NCBI GenBank assembly: GCA_964016885.1
Contig: OZ024764.1
Coordinates: forward strand, 8,556,001-8,620,000
Origin: Eledone cirrhosa
Lineage: Eukaryota
Direction: 5' to 3'
DNA length: 64,000 nt
Position numbers and translations under genes: made by a program. The notes below the pieces were generated by a model. That model did no database searches. It saw only the letters and a list, made by a program, of their open reading frames with translations, and was not told the origin of the DNA. Shown piece by piece: positions 38,011-50,699 of the stretch. Position 1 is the first letter of the stretch. Each line of letters opens with the position of its first letter.

Positions 38011-38244
38011 ATCATGTTGTTGCTATTACAGCACACACCAATGTAGGTTTGGCTGACTCCCTATAAGGTATCTCATAGGAGGTCTAGTGTCCATACTTCC
38101 TTAGCCAGTGAATGGGCAGTCATAAGGGACTCTTGATTAAATGCCTATAGTATTTGTTCTGGCCCACTGCATGAGGATTGAATCCTCTGCAAGGAAGGAA
38201 GTCGGACACTAATTTTGTCCTTCAAAGATTGACAAACTCTTCTC

Positions 38245-38885
38245 TCCTACCAGAAGATAGTATCAGTAATGGAAAGACTAATGGAAACATTGTTTCCTTG
38301 GTCTGATCTGATGATCAGCTCCTTTCTTCTGCCAGGAGTTGTGACTGACAGATAGTATCAGTAATGGAAAGACCAATGGAAACATTGTTTCCTTGGTCTG
38401 ATCTGATGATCGGCTCCTTTCTTCTGCCAGGAGTTGTGACTGACAGATAGTATCAGTAATGGAAAGACCAATAGAAACATCTTTTCCTGGATCAGATCTG
38501 ATGATCAGCTCCTTTCTTCTGCCAGGAGTTGTGACTGACAGATAGTATCAATAGTGGAAAGACCAATGGAGACATTGTTTCCTGGGTCAGATCTGATGAT
38601 CAGCTCCTTTCTTCTGCCAGGAGTTGTGACTGACAGATAGTATCAGTAATGGAAAGACCAATGGAAACATTGTTTCCTTGGTCTGATCTGATGATCAGCT
38701 CCTTTCTTCTGCCAGGAGTTGTGACTGACAGATAGTATCAGTAGTGGAAAGACCAATGGAGACATTGTTTCCTTGGTCTGATCTGATGATCAGCTCCTTT
38801 CTTCTGCCAGGAGTTGTGACTGACAGATAGTATCAGTAATGGAAAGACCAATAGAAACATCTTTTCCTGGTCTGATCTGATGATC
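38245..38885. repeat. 95-bp minisatellite (~7 copies) derived from a SINE body
   Basis: The unit is homologous to 28280-28370. Confidence 0.9.
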
Positions 38886-39554
38886 AACACCTTTGCAAAA
38901 GTCCGAAAGATCAGCTATGTATACACTATATATTATATAATTAATTTATGTTCATACAGGGAACAAAAGTGGTACCCAGTGTTTCAAGGTCTAAATTTGA
39001 CCATACCTCCAGAAAACAAGGGGCATCAACAAACTCATATTAGCACCCGAAGAAGGGCCACTATTTTAATGTCTCTTGTTTTCTGGGGAAATGGTCAAAG
39101 TTAGATCTAGAAACCTTGAGTAGCTCCTTGGTTCCGTGTATGAACATAAATAATATAATATTTCTGCTCTCTTCCTGATTGAGTACTGTTCTCCTTTTTC
39201 TTTTTCACATCTACAGATATTGCTACATATACATATATTTATCTACTTAATATTCTGTTTTAAGGCTTTGGCCATCCCACTAGAGGTCCCATAGGGTGGA
39301 AGATCAAAATGCAGGTAATCCTTCGTTTTAAGATCCCAGATAACTTCCAGTAATTTCTGTAAGTGAAAATGACAATTTAAAAATAAAATTTCTATCAATA
39401 CAATCATAATCTACACCCTGGAAAATGCATCCCAGTAAAATATATATTTCTAAGAAATTTGTGAAGAATCCAAATCAGGTGGGGGCCAGAAAACTAGCTA
39501 AATACGTATATATACACCCATCACAGGCATATACATATATATATATATATATAT

Positions 39555-41220
39555 GTTGTAAAGTGGTTGTATAGGTGTCATGACAAAAAGCACCCAGTCC
39601 ACACTGTAAAGTGGTCATGTAAGTGTCACAACAAAATGCACCCAGTCCACACTGTAAAGTGGTCATATAAGTGTCATGACAAAAAGCACTCAGTCCACTG
39701 TAAAACGGTTGTATAGGTGTCATGACAAAATGCACCCAGTCCACACTGCAAAAGGGTGTGTAGGTGTCATGGCAAAAAGTACCCAGTACACACTGTAAAA
39801 TGGCTGTATAGGTGTCATGGCAAAAAGTACCCAGTACACACTGTAAAATGGCTGTATAGGTGTCAAGGCAAAAAGTACCCAGTACACACTGTAAAATGGC
39901 TGTATAGGTGTCAAGGCAAAAAGTACCCAGTACACACTGTAAAATGGCTGTATAGGTGTCAAGGCAAAAAGTACCCAGTACACACTGTAAAATGGCTGTA
40001 TAGGTGTCAAGGCAAAAAGTACCCAGTACACACTGTAAAATGGCTGTATAGGTGTCAAGGCAAAAAGTACCCAGTACACACTGTAAAATGGCTGTATAGG
40101 TGTCAAGACAAAACGCACCCAGTACACACTGTGTGGTTGGCATCAGGAAAGGTATCTAGCCCGAGAAACCAAACCAGAAACAGTTCTGTCTGAGCAAGTT
40201 ATGGTCACCTGACCTGGTTTGTATCACAACAGAACAACTCGTGTAACCCATGCTTGCCTGGAAAATGGATGTTAAATGGTGAAGATGATGATATATATAT
40301 ATATATCCCAACTCCTCCAGAGAGGACTTGTTAAGGGTTTTATATATATATTCAGTCTACACTAAAGTGGTCGTGTAGGTGTCAACAAAAAGCACCCAGT
40401 CCACGCTGTAAAGTGGTCGTGTAGGAAACACGGTAAAAAGGCTCCCAGTCCACACTGTAAAGTGGTCATGTAGGAGACATGGTAAAAAGGCTCCCAGTCC
40501 ACACTGTAAAGTGGTCATGTAGGAGACACGGTAAAAAGGCTCCCAGTCCACACTGTAAAGTGGTCATGTAGGAGACACGGTAAAAAGGCTCCCAGTCCAA
40601 CTGTAATGTGGTCGTGTAGGAGACACGGTAAAAAGGTTCCCAGTCCACACTGTAAAGTGGTCATGTAGGAGACATGGTAAAAAGGCTCCCAGTCCACACT
40701 GTAAAGTGGTCATGTAGGAGACACGGTAAAAAGGCTCCCAGTCCAACTGTAATGTGGTCGTGTAGGAGACACGGTAAAAAGGTTCCCAGTCCACACTGTA
40801 AAGTGGTCATGTAGGAGACATGGTAAAAAGGCTCCCAGTCCACACTGTAAAGTGGTCATGTAGGAGACACGGTAAAAAGGCTCCCACTCCAACTGTAATG
40901 TGGTCGTGTAGGAGACACGGTAAAAAGGTTCCCAGTCCACACTGTAAAGTGGTCATGTAGGAGACATGGTAAAAAGGCTCCCAGTCCACACTGTAAAGTG
41001 GTCATGTAGGAGACACGGTAAAAAGGCTCCCAGTCCACACTGTAATGTGGTCGTGTAGGAGACATGGTAAAAAGGCTCCCAGTCCACACGGTAAAAAGGC
41101 CCCCAGTCCACACTGTAAATGTGGTCGTGTAGGAGACATGATAAAAAGGCTCCCAGTCCACACTGTAAGGTGGTCGTGTGGGAGACACAGTAAAAAGGCC
41201 CCCAGTCCACACTGTAAATG
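39555..41220. repeat. Two 48/49-bp minisatellite arrays in RTE 3'UTR copies (39555-40130, 40360-41220)
   Basis: CCCAGTCCACACTGTAAAGTGG unit, the reverse complement of the 55.6-60.7 kb array. Confidence 0.9.
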
Positions 41221-41666
41221 TGGTTGGTGTTAGGAAAGGCATCCAGCTGTAGAAAACCTGCCAGATACAGTCCTATACGAGTGAGACACGGTCACCCGAT
41301 CAATCTTGCCTCAAGTGGGACAATTCCCATCTAACCTATGCCAGCGTGGAAGATAGACATTAAACGATGATGATGATGATATATATATATTTCATTTTCA
41401 TTCACGGAAATTACTGGTAATTGTTTGTAATAATCTTAAAATGAAGGATTATCCATAAAATGAAGGATTATCCATAAAAAAAAACAAGCATTTTTTAAAA
41501 AGCCAGAAGGAAGATTAAAGATGAGAAAAAGAAAAAATAGGTAGACAGGCAGAATAATAATAATAATAATATATATATAGTATATATATTTTTTTTGGAA
41601 TTTCAAAAATTCGAAAGTTTAAATCGAAACCTTTTAACGAATCATCCTTGGGTTTAAGGCACAGAC

Positions 41667-41814
41667 CTGTCAATCGTTATGTTGCTGTCATCCATCCACG
41701 GTATAAGGTGTCTCTCTTCCTCTATGTAGGCAGCTTTCTCGTCGTAGGGGAACAATTTGCAGGCATAACCAAACACCAGTAGCTCGTCATGGTCGTTGCT
41801 GGTGGTGTTGTTGT

Positions 41815-41852
<38 letters not shown>

Positions 41853-41962
41853 TTGGGGATGATGTTGTGGTGGTGGAGGATGTCGGTGGCTTTCTTGTCT
41901 TTCTCCATCATCATCATCATCTTACTGGTTGCATCCGTGGAGCCTAACCACGGACCGGACAT
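41667..41962 (-). CDS. SFSWAP: SFSWAP / suppressor of white apricot homolog, first coding exon (low-complexity N-terminus + start of DRY_EERY domain)
   Basis: Translates to ...[40 protein letters not shown], matching the SWAP N-terminal motif ([11 protein letters not shown]...HLIPWM...IDRYD). Donor AG|GTCTGT at 41666, phase 2. The exact start ATG is uncertain because several Met are present. Confidence 0.92.
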
Positions 41963-42826
41963 GCTGGGCGTTGTGTTTATGATGCAAAGTGTTTGTTTTT
42001 TTATTATGGGCGGGGTGGGGGGAGTATCAAGAGTGTTTTAACCCCCAAAACATGTGGTCTGTGGTGATGTTTATGAGCAAAAAACTGCGTAAACCCTCAA
42101 AATAGAAGCTGTGATGGTGTAATTTACAGAGGTTACACCCCCAAAATATCTGATCATTTGGTGATCATATAATTTATAGAGATAAAGTATGTTTTAACCC
42201 CCAAAATATACTGGTCTGTGATGTGGTGGTGACGGTGCAATTTAGAGAGATTTCACCCCCAAAATATACTGGTCTGTGATGTGGTGGGGAAGGTGTAATT
42301 AGAGCGTGATTAAACCTCCAAATATATGGTCTATAGGGATGGTGTAATTTATAGTTAAACTATGTTTTAACCCCTAAGATATATGATCTTTGGGGGTGTG
42401 ATGATGGTGTAATTAATAGAGATTAAGTGTGATTTAGTCCCTAAAATATAGTGTCTGTGGTTTGGTGGTAGATGTGTATTAAATCCCCAAATATGGTGTA
42501 TGATGTGTGGTGGGGTGGTAGTGGTGTTTGTTCATCACCTCAAAATATACATCACAACAACCACCATCTTCCTGATATATGTATGTGTAATGGTGGGGAT
42601 AGGGTTAGGGTAGATTAGATGTTTTAACTTGCAAAAATATGACACAAATACCTTCCTTCGGTTTCCCTTCCTGTCTTTATACTTCGGGGTGGATGAAGGA
42701 GGGTTTCTGTATTTTTTTGTAAGTAGTAGTCGTCGTAAGAGAGAGAGAGAGAGAGGCGGGGGCAAGGATAGTTGTGTGGAAGAGATAAAAGAATGAAGTT
42801 CAAGAACACACACAAGATAGGTAGAA

Positions 42827-42879
<53 letters not shown>

Positions 42880-43155
42880 TGTGTGTGTATGATATAGATA
42901 AGAAGGTACTAATTATTAAAGAAAAGTAAGACCCTTATTCAACTTGGGACTCCGCACTTTTAAAGAGAATATGTAATGTAGATATTTGGAGATAGGTAAA
43001 CCCGATCGCTTGGGGGTATAGCCAGATCAGTTGGAGTCGGTTACTCTGATAGGACCAGCTGGAAGGAGTATTTTGAGGAGTCTGACCCCACGAACCTCCC
43101 AGGATTAAGTGGGCGAAGAAGAAGAAAGGGTAACCCGTTTCGATGGTTGAAGATA

Positions 43156-43196
<41 letters not shown>

Positions 43197-44159
43197 TGTA
43201 GGTGTGTGTGTGAGTGTAGCGAAAATATCAGTTATGAAGACAGAATAGTTATATATAAACAAATTCAATATTTATTTATTACGATTCGTAATAAATAAAT
43301 TAATTAATAAATATATAGACAGAGAGAGAAGAATGTTATGTTGATAAAGTGCAGTTTGCGGAGGTTAGGGGGGAAATATCTAAGACCAAAAAGGACGATA
43401 TACCTAGATATAATATATATATAGAGAGAGATCAGCATATACATCTACACACACACATATATATATATATATATACAGTTAGATAGAGAGATCTACAAAT
43501 ATATATTTATATATAGCTAGAGAGACATATAAACAAATGTGGATAGTTTTTGAAGAAATAAATAATTGAATTAATTCAACCTGTCCGGCTTAATGTCATT
43601 TTATTCTATAATATAATATTTAACTCCGTTCCCGCACCACCAACAGGATTCAACATCAATGATGGATGAGTTACGTAACGTCGAGTGCTTTTCCTAATAT
43701 TACATCATGATTAACATTTCAGAATGATCAATTCTACCCAGTGGTGAACTACCAAATTTAAACGTAAATGTAGCTAGATAGATATAATATATCTAGATCT
43801 ACACACACCCATATATATATATATATAGCTAGACAGATAGATCTACACATATATATAGCTAAATAGATAGATCTACATATATATAGCTAGGCAGATCAAC
43901 ACACACACATATAGCTAAACACACATATATCTATATATATATATATAAAGCTAGACATATATCTACACATAAACATATAGCTAGAAAGATAGAGAATTAG
44001 AGGTGATCAAATCAGGATGGTTTACGATTAAATATATAAAGCTAGACAGATCTACCTACATATATACATATATCTACATACATATAATTTATAGATAGAG
44101 AAGAAAGTATTATAGAAGTGATAAAAGACAATAATTTACAATTTTCCCGTGGTTTGTTT

Positions 44160-44420
44160 AAAGAATTATGGCGGGTCCGTCTGAGAAAGGACTTTAGAGA
44201 AAGGTTATGGCGGTGCTGGAATAATTAAAAGACAGTAGGTAGGCGAAAGAGACGAGAACTACATATATAAATATATAAATGTGGATGTATGTGTCTCTAA
44301 TATTTACAGAGAGAGACAAGAGGGGAACAAAATGTAAACAGTAGGAAGAGATATTGTGAATGGAAGATGGCGGTCGCCGTACGGATCACGTCGCTACTGG
44401 TGCGCACGCGTCAACGTAAA
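44160..44420 (-). promoter_or_regulatory. Probable SFSWAP promoter / 5' region with YY1-type motif
   Basis: Local CpG cluster in otherwise AT-rich DNA, with AAGATGGCGG at ~44364 and further ATGGCGG copies at ~44168 and ~44207. About 2.3 kb upstream of the first coding exon. Confidence 0.4.
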
Positions 44421-44926
44421 GAGAGGGAAAGAGAGTAAAAGATGATAGAGAGAGGGAGAGAAACAGCGAAGAAGAGAGAGGGAGAGAAACAGCGAAGAAG
44501 AAAGAAGGAGAGAAACAGCGAACAAGAGAGAGGGAGAGAAACAGCGAACGAGAGAGAGGGAGAGAAACAGCGAACGAAAGAGAGGGAGAGAAACAGCGAA
44601 CAAGAGAGAGGGAGAGAAACAGCAAACAAGAGAGAGGGAGAGAAACAGCGAATAAGAGAGAGGGAGAGAAAGAACGAAAGAGAGTAAAAGATGAGTGGGA
44701 GAGAAAGAGAGAACGAGAGTGGGAGATAAATTTCTTTATTGAGAGAAGGAGAGAAAGAGCGAGCAAAAGAGAGAGAGAGAAAGACAGAGAGGGAGAAAGA
44801 GATAGACTAACACATACTCTTTGTCTCTCTTTAATTAATTAACCGCATCAGATACGAAACTGCGGTCTACTGTTTAGACCTCAATGTCTGTTTCAGAAAA
44901 TCTATCTATCTATTTAATACAGGTTT

Positions 44927-45649
44927 TAGGACTTTCGGCCCAGGACCAATGGACAACTTCCAGAAGTCACTGGCCTGGCAGTGCTACCGAGGGGCTCTAC
45001 CCGTTCGAGAGAGGCTCTACAGACACGGGCGCCCGGGCAGGGATCCCTCAAAAAAGATTTGCCCTAGATGCGTGCGTCACGAAGAAACCGTTGCGCACGC
45101 ATTGGTGCAATGTCCGGGCGTGGCTGATCTGTGGGGCTACGCCGAACGACTGCTGTCGCGGGTGGCGCCGATTCAATTGACCGCCGAGTCCGTGATGACA
45201 ATCAAACCGCCTCCCCTCTTCACAAAGGAAGCAAAGGCGGTTTTTCTGTGCGCAATAGCCATGTTGAAAGAGGTTGTTTGGTGGACACGATTGAAAGGTC
45301 TGAGGTCAGGCAACTTCCTCTCTGGCCATAGTCTGGTCTACTTCTTCCGATATCACTTCGGAAGAAGGATAAGAATGGAGAGAGAGGTGCTTGGCCACGG
45401 GCAGTTTTATGAAAGGTGGGTGATAGTGGCGAGAATGGCTCGTGTAAATGGGCCTTCTCTGTATACCATCCTGTAGGTAAAGAAGTAAAGGAGAGGGGAG
45501 CACCTTCTCCATGTGCTCCCCGAAAAAGGATTGCCTTTTGAGGTTATTTTCGATTATTTTCATTTTATACCCTTTTTACTCGATTGTATGTAAACTCCCC
45601 CTTTGTATTTGTCCCTTCTTTTTGTGCCTTTATGGTAAATAAAGAAATA
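44927..45649 (+). mobile_element. 5'-truncated Tx1/L1-clade LINE (zf-RVT C-terminus) with 20-bp TSD
   Basis: AWQCYRGALPVRERL...CPRCVRHEETVAHALVQCP zinc knuckle. AATAAA at the 3' end. TSD TATCTATTTAATACAGGTTT at 44907-44926 and 45650-45669. Confidence 0.9.
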
Positions 45650-45712
45650 TATCTATTTAATACAGGTTTAAACTTTAATCTGCACTAATAATAAATATTT
45701 GCTCTACGGGTT

Positions 45713-45748
<36 letters not shown>

Positions 45749-46544
45749 TATACTTTATATATATTTAATTATGTAATAAACAACACACTATAATTATTCC
45801 ATTAGCCAAGGTTCTGATGAACGACTTCAGACGTCTCTGTTAGAATCGTCTGACTTCGTGAAACCTTGGGTAATGGGATAATTATATTGTGTTGTTTATT
45901 ACATAATTAAATAGCTCTGTACTCTACATAGAGCACTCTTCTTTCCTTTACCTTTTTCAGTCCATAGGTTGACATTATCAAGCCATTGCTTTGGCTGCTG
46001 GTCTCTGCTTCTCCTACCAGCCAACCTTCCTTCGTGACATAACCTATTCACACCACGAGTCGATCTTTTTATATGGCCATATAGTTTGAGTACTCTTGAC
46101 TTGACATACCCCATTTCCACGCGATGTCATGTCAGAAAGACCACCCGCCAAATATACACTCTTTCCAAATGCTAAAATCACTACTGAAAAGTAAACCAAG
46201 GACACAACATATCACCCGGTCCGAGAATCGAACTCACAACCTCCCGATTGCAAGCCCAATGCTTTAACCACTAAGCCAGGTGTGTGTGTGTGTGTGTACG
46301 GAGGAATTGGGAATAGGGTATGGAGTGTTTGGTGTGGATTGGATGGGAGGAGTTGAAGTCGAGGTAAGAATGGGAGTCGGTTGGTTTATAGAAGATGGAA
46401 GTAGAGAGGGTGTGGTGAGTGATTGATAGATAGAGAGATATCTAGAAAAGGGACAGAAGAATCGGAGACGGAGGCGGTGAAGGTATGAGCAGGTTCCAAT
46501 TCCAATCCGCCCGTCCCTTCAATCTATCTTATTTCTCATTCTTT

Positions 46545-46579
46545 TTTCTGATGAGGGACTAGCGTCCGAAACGTTAAGA
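46545..46579 (+). ncRNA. Minimal type-I hammerhead ribozyme motif (Penelope-like family B)
   Basis: CTGATGA-g-ggac(tagc)gtcc-GAAACGTTA-aga. 4-bp stem II and palindromic AACGTT stem III. A homolog on the minus strand at ~28538-28575 has GAAA changed to AAAA. Confidence 0.65.
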
Positions 46580-46985
46580 CCTTCTTGCTGCTATATCAAG
46601 CGTTAACCTAATATATCCCTTCCATATACTGTACCGATTTTGTTGTTATTTCTGTTTACCTTTTTACATACATACATACATACACACATACACACACACA
46701 CAAATATATATATATATATATAGGATCGATCGACTTTCGTCAAATCGGACCGCGCAAACAATCTTTTCGTCGGTCTTTCCAGTTGCTAATACTATCCAGG
46801 TAGAAGGAGCAACGTGAAATAAAGTGTCTTGCTCAAGGACATAACGCATCGCCCGGTCTAGGAATCGAACTCACAACCTCAAGATTATGAATCCAATTCT
46901 CTAACCACTCAGCCACACGCCTTTACACCATACATACACACACGCGTTCATTTACACGAGTGTACACACACACACAAACACATAC

Positions 46986-47035
<50 letters not shown>

Positions 47036-47089
47036 ATGTGTGTACACACTCGTGTGTATGTGTGTACACACTCGTGTGTATGTGTGTGT

Positions 47090-47270
47090 AAGGTGCGCGC
47101 GCAATCATTATCGCGATCGGTTGCCCATGACAACGAAATCCACAGCGAGAGATGCGGCGTCTCTGACCACCATGTTGTAAATCGGGAGTTTTGTTGTTTT
47201 TTTCAACTCTGGATTTTTAAACTCTGGACACCTAAAAAAATAACAACAACAGCAACAGAAAAAAAAAGGG
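47090..47270 (+). promoter_or_regulatory. Possible promoter / first non-coding exon of ANKAR-like gene with RFX X-box-like motif
   Basis: CpG-rich patch with GTTGCCCATGACAAC at 47120-47134 and a candidate donor GG|GTCAGT at 47270. Confidence 0.4.
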
Positions 47271-48219
47271 TCAGTCGACTTAAATACATCTTAAAATCTA
47301 TTTCTTTGTCTCTCTCTCTCTATAGTTTTTCTAGCATCCTCATCTCACATCCATCGCGTACCCATCATCATCATCACCATCACCATCATCATCACTATCA
47401 TCATCATCATCGTCAAACTCCCTGTCTGTCTATCTCTCTCTCTCTCTATATATATATTCCCCCTCCCCTCTCTGCCTGTTTTACTCGCTCTGTCTGTGTT
47501 TGTCAGTCTTTCTCCTTCTCCCCCTCTCTATATCTCTAACTCTCTCTCTCCTTCTGCCCCTCTCTACATCTCTTTAACTCTCTCTCTCTCCTTCTCCCCC
47601 TCTCTATATCTCTAATTCTCTTTCTCTCTCTGCTTCTGCTCCTCTATATCTCTTTAACTCTCTCTCTCCCCCCCTCTCTATATCTCTTTAACTCTCTCTC
47701 TCCTTCTGCCCCTCTCTATATCTCTAACTCTCTCTCTCTCTATCCTTCTGCTCCTCTATATCTCTTTAACACTCTCTCTCCTTCCCCCCTCTCTACATCT
47801 CTTTAACTCTCTCCCTCTCCTCCCCCTCTCTATATCTCTTTAACTCTCTCTCTCCTCCCCCTCTCTATATCTCTTTAACTCTCTCTCCCCTTCCTTTTCT
47901 CTACCCCTCCTCTCCCCCTCTCCTCTTCTTCTTTAAGGTTCAGTAATGCTCCTCTGAGGTTTGTGCCCTAGTTGGCCTTAATGGTAGCACCATGCCCCAT
48001 GTAAAACTGTGATCCTTTAAGGCAAAGGTCCTCAAACTTTTGGGGTCACTGCGCCCCTCCCCCCTCACGGCCACATAATACCCCCAGCACCCCAACCCTA
48101 TTTCCAGACAGACCTACCTACATGCAAATTGTAAATAATATATAATAAATAAAATCATTGATTTATATATAATAAATAATATAATAGATACTATGTATAA
48201 ATAAATATTATATATATTT

Positions 48220-48720
48220 ATATGGACAAGTATACCACCATGTATTTTAGGAGGAAAAACCCAGCGTCCACATACTCCCACCACAAGAAGTCTTCTTGTG
48301 AATGTGACCTGGGCATTAATGTCAAAAGTGATTTGTGTTGGTCAAACCACATCTCTAAAATTGTCAAGAAGGCCAAGGGTGTGTTAGCATCACTCAGCAA
48401 GACCTTTGTCAGCCGCTCTCCAGCTATCTATTTAAAGCTGTATATAGCTATGGTGTGGCCACACTAAGAGTTTGCATCACCAGTCTGGAACCCTTATCTT
48501 GTTCAGATATTGACCTCCTGGAAACTGTTCAGAGACGTGCAACCAAGCGAATACCTTCCATCAGGTATCTACCATACTCTGAACACCTTGCTTCCCTGGG
48601 CATGGATACATTGAAGCTCCGATGTTTGGCAACTGACTTGGTAGACACCCACAAAATTATTAACCATCTTGTCAACAACAACCCTGAGCACCTTTTTGAT
48701 TTCCATGTGTCTAACCACAT
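48220..48720 (+). mobile_element. CR1-clade LINE RT C-terminal fragment
   Basis: DLGINVKSDLCWSNHISKIVKKA...LKLY..MV.PHL.FASPVWNP...LETVQRRATKRIP, with frameshifts. Confidence 0.85.
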
Positions 48721-50315
48721 GTCTGTAGTATCAGAGCTGTGATCTCTCGATTCAGAGATTCTTTCCTGAGACATTCTAATCACATGTCTGTAGTATCGGA
48801 GCTGTGATCTCTCGATTCAGAGATTCTTTCCTGAGACATTCTAACCACATGTCTGTAGTATCGGAGCTGTGATCTCTCGATTCAGAGATTCTTTCCTGAG
48901 ACATTCTAACCACATGTCTGTAGTATCGGAGCTGTGATCTCTCGATTCAGAGATTCTTTCCTGAGACATTCTAACCACATGTCTGTAGTATCGGAGCTGT
49001 GATCTCTCGATTCAGAGATTCTTTCCTGAGACATTCTAACCACATGTCTGTAGTATCGGAGCTGTGATCTCTCGATTCAGAGATTCTTTCCTGAGACATT
49101 CTAACCACATGTCTGTAGTATCGGAGCTGTGATCTCTCGATTCAGAGATTCTTTCCTGAGACATTCTAACCACATGTCTGTAGTATCGGAGCTGTGATCT
49201 CTCAATTCAGAGATTCTTTCCTCAGACATTCTAACCACATGTCTGTAGTATCAGAGCTGTGATCTCTCAATTCAGAGATTCTTTCCTGAGACATTCTAAC
49301 CACATGTCTGTAGTATCGGAGCTGTGATCTCTCGATTCAGAGATTCTTTCCTGAGACATTCTAACCACATGTCTGTAGTATCGGAGCTGTGATCTCTCAA
49401 TTCAGAGATTCTTTCCTCAGACATTCTAACCACATGTCTGTAGTATCAGAGCTGTGATCTCTCAATTCAGAGATTCTTTCCTGAGACATTATAACCACAT
49501 GTCTGTAGTATCGGAGCTGTGATCTCTCAATTCGGAGATTCTTTCCTGAGACATTCTAACCACATGTCTGTAGTATCAGAACTGTGATCTCTCAATTCAG
49601 AGATTCTTTCCTGAGACATTATAACCACATGTCTGTAGTATCAGAGCTGTGATCTCTCAATTCAGAGATTCTTTCCTGAGACATTCTAACCACAGGTCTG
49701 TAGTATCAGAGCTGTGATCTCTCAATTCAGAGATTCTTTCCTGAGACATTATAACCACATGTCTGTAGTATCGGAGCTGTGATCTCTCAATTCAGAGATT
49801 CTTTCCTGAGACATTATAACCACATGTCTGTAGTATCAGAGCTGTGATCTCTCAATTCAGAGATTCTTTCCTGAGACATTATAACCACATGTCTGTAGTA
49901 TCAGAGCTGTGATCTCTCAATTCAGAGATTCTTTCCTGAGACATTCTAACCACATGTCTGTAGTATCAGAGCTGTGATCTCTCAATTCAGAGATTCTTTC
50001 CTGAGACATTCTAACCACATGTCTGTAGTATCGGAGCTGTGATCTCTCGATTCAGAGATTCTTTCCTGAGACATTCTAACCACATGTCTGTAGTATCGGA
50101 GCTGTGATCTCTCAATTCAGAGATTCTTTCCTCAGACATTCTAACCACATGTCTGTAGTATCAGAGCTGTGATCTCTCAATTCAGAGATTCTTTCCTGAG
50201 ACATTATAACCACATGTCTGTAGTATCGGAGCTGTGATCTCTCAATTCGGAGATTCTTTCCTGAGACATTATAACCACATGTCTGTAGTATCAGAACTGT
50301 GATCTCTCAATTTAG
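48711..50315. repeat. 65-bp minisatellite (~24 copies)
   Basis: Unit CTAACCACATGTCTGTAGTATCGGAGCTGTGATCTCTC...; starts at the end of the CR1 fragment. Confidence 0.95.
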
Positions 50316-50699
50316 AGAAGTAGCAGCTCTACCTGGAGTGACTCTCTGATCTCTGAGCTACACACTTTATCAAGCAAAGTTACTCCAAAGATCCTTCGGC
50401 CTTAATAGTAGCACCAGACCCTATATAAAACTGTAAGCCTTTAACTCTTTAAAATTTACATTACTCTATATATACTATTGTATTTTCATGGTAAAGGCTC
50501 ACATAATATCGAATCTATAAGATTTTGATCTTATTTATTTTGAGAACAATACCTTAACATCTGTATGAGTGGCCGATCACAACTGGTTTGAACAGAAAGA
50601 GGTGAGGTAATTCTGGCCGGATTTAGCCAGTTTAAATGCTAAAGGGTTAAGGTTCAGTTATTCCTCTCTCTGAAGTCTGTGCTGTATGTGAATGTCTAT

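Noticed and set aside
42058-44140. Possible SFSWAP 5'UTR exons (acceptor ~42058; segments ~43581-43773, ~44140+)
   Set aside because: Splice-like signals only, not supportable without transcript data.
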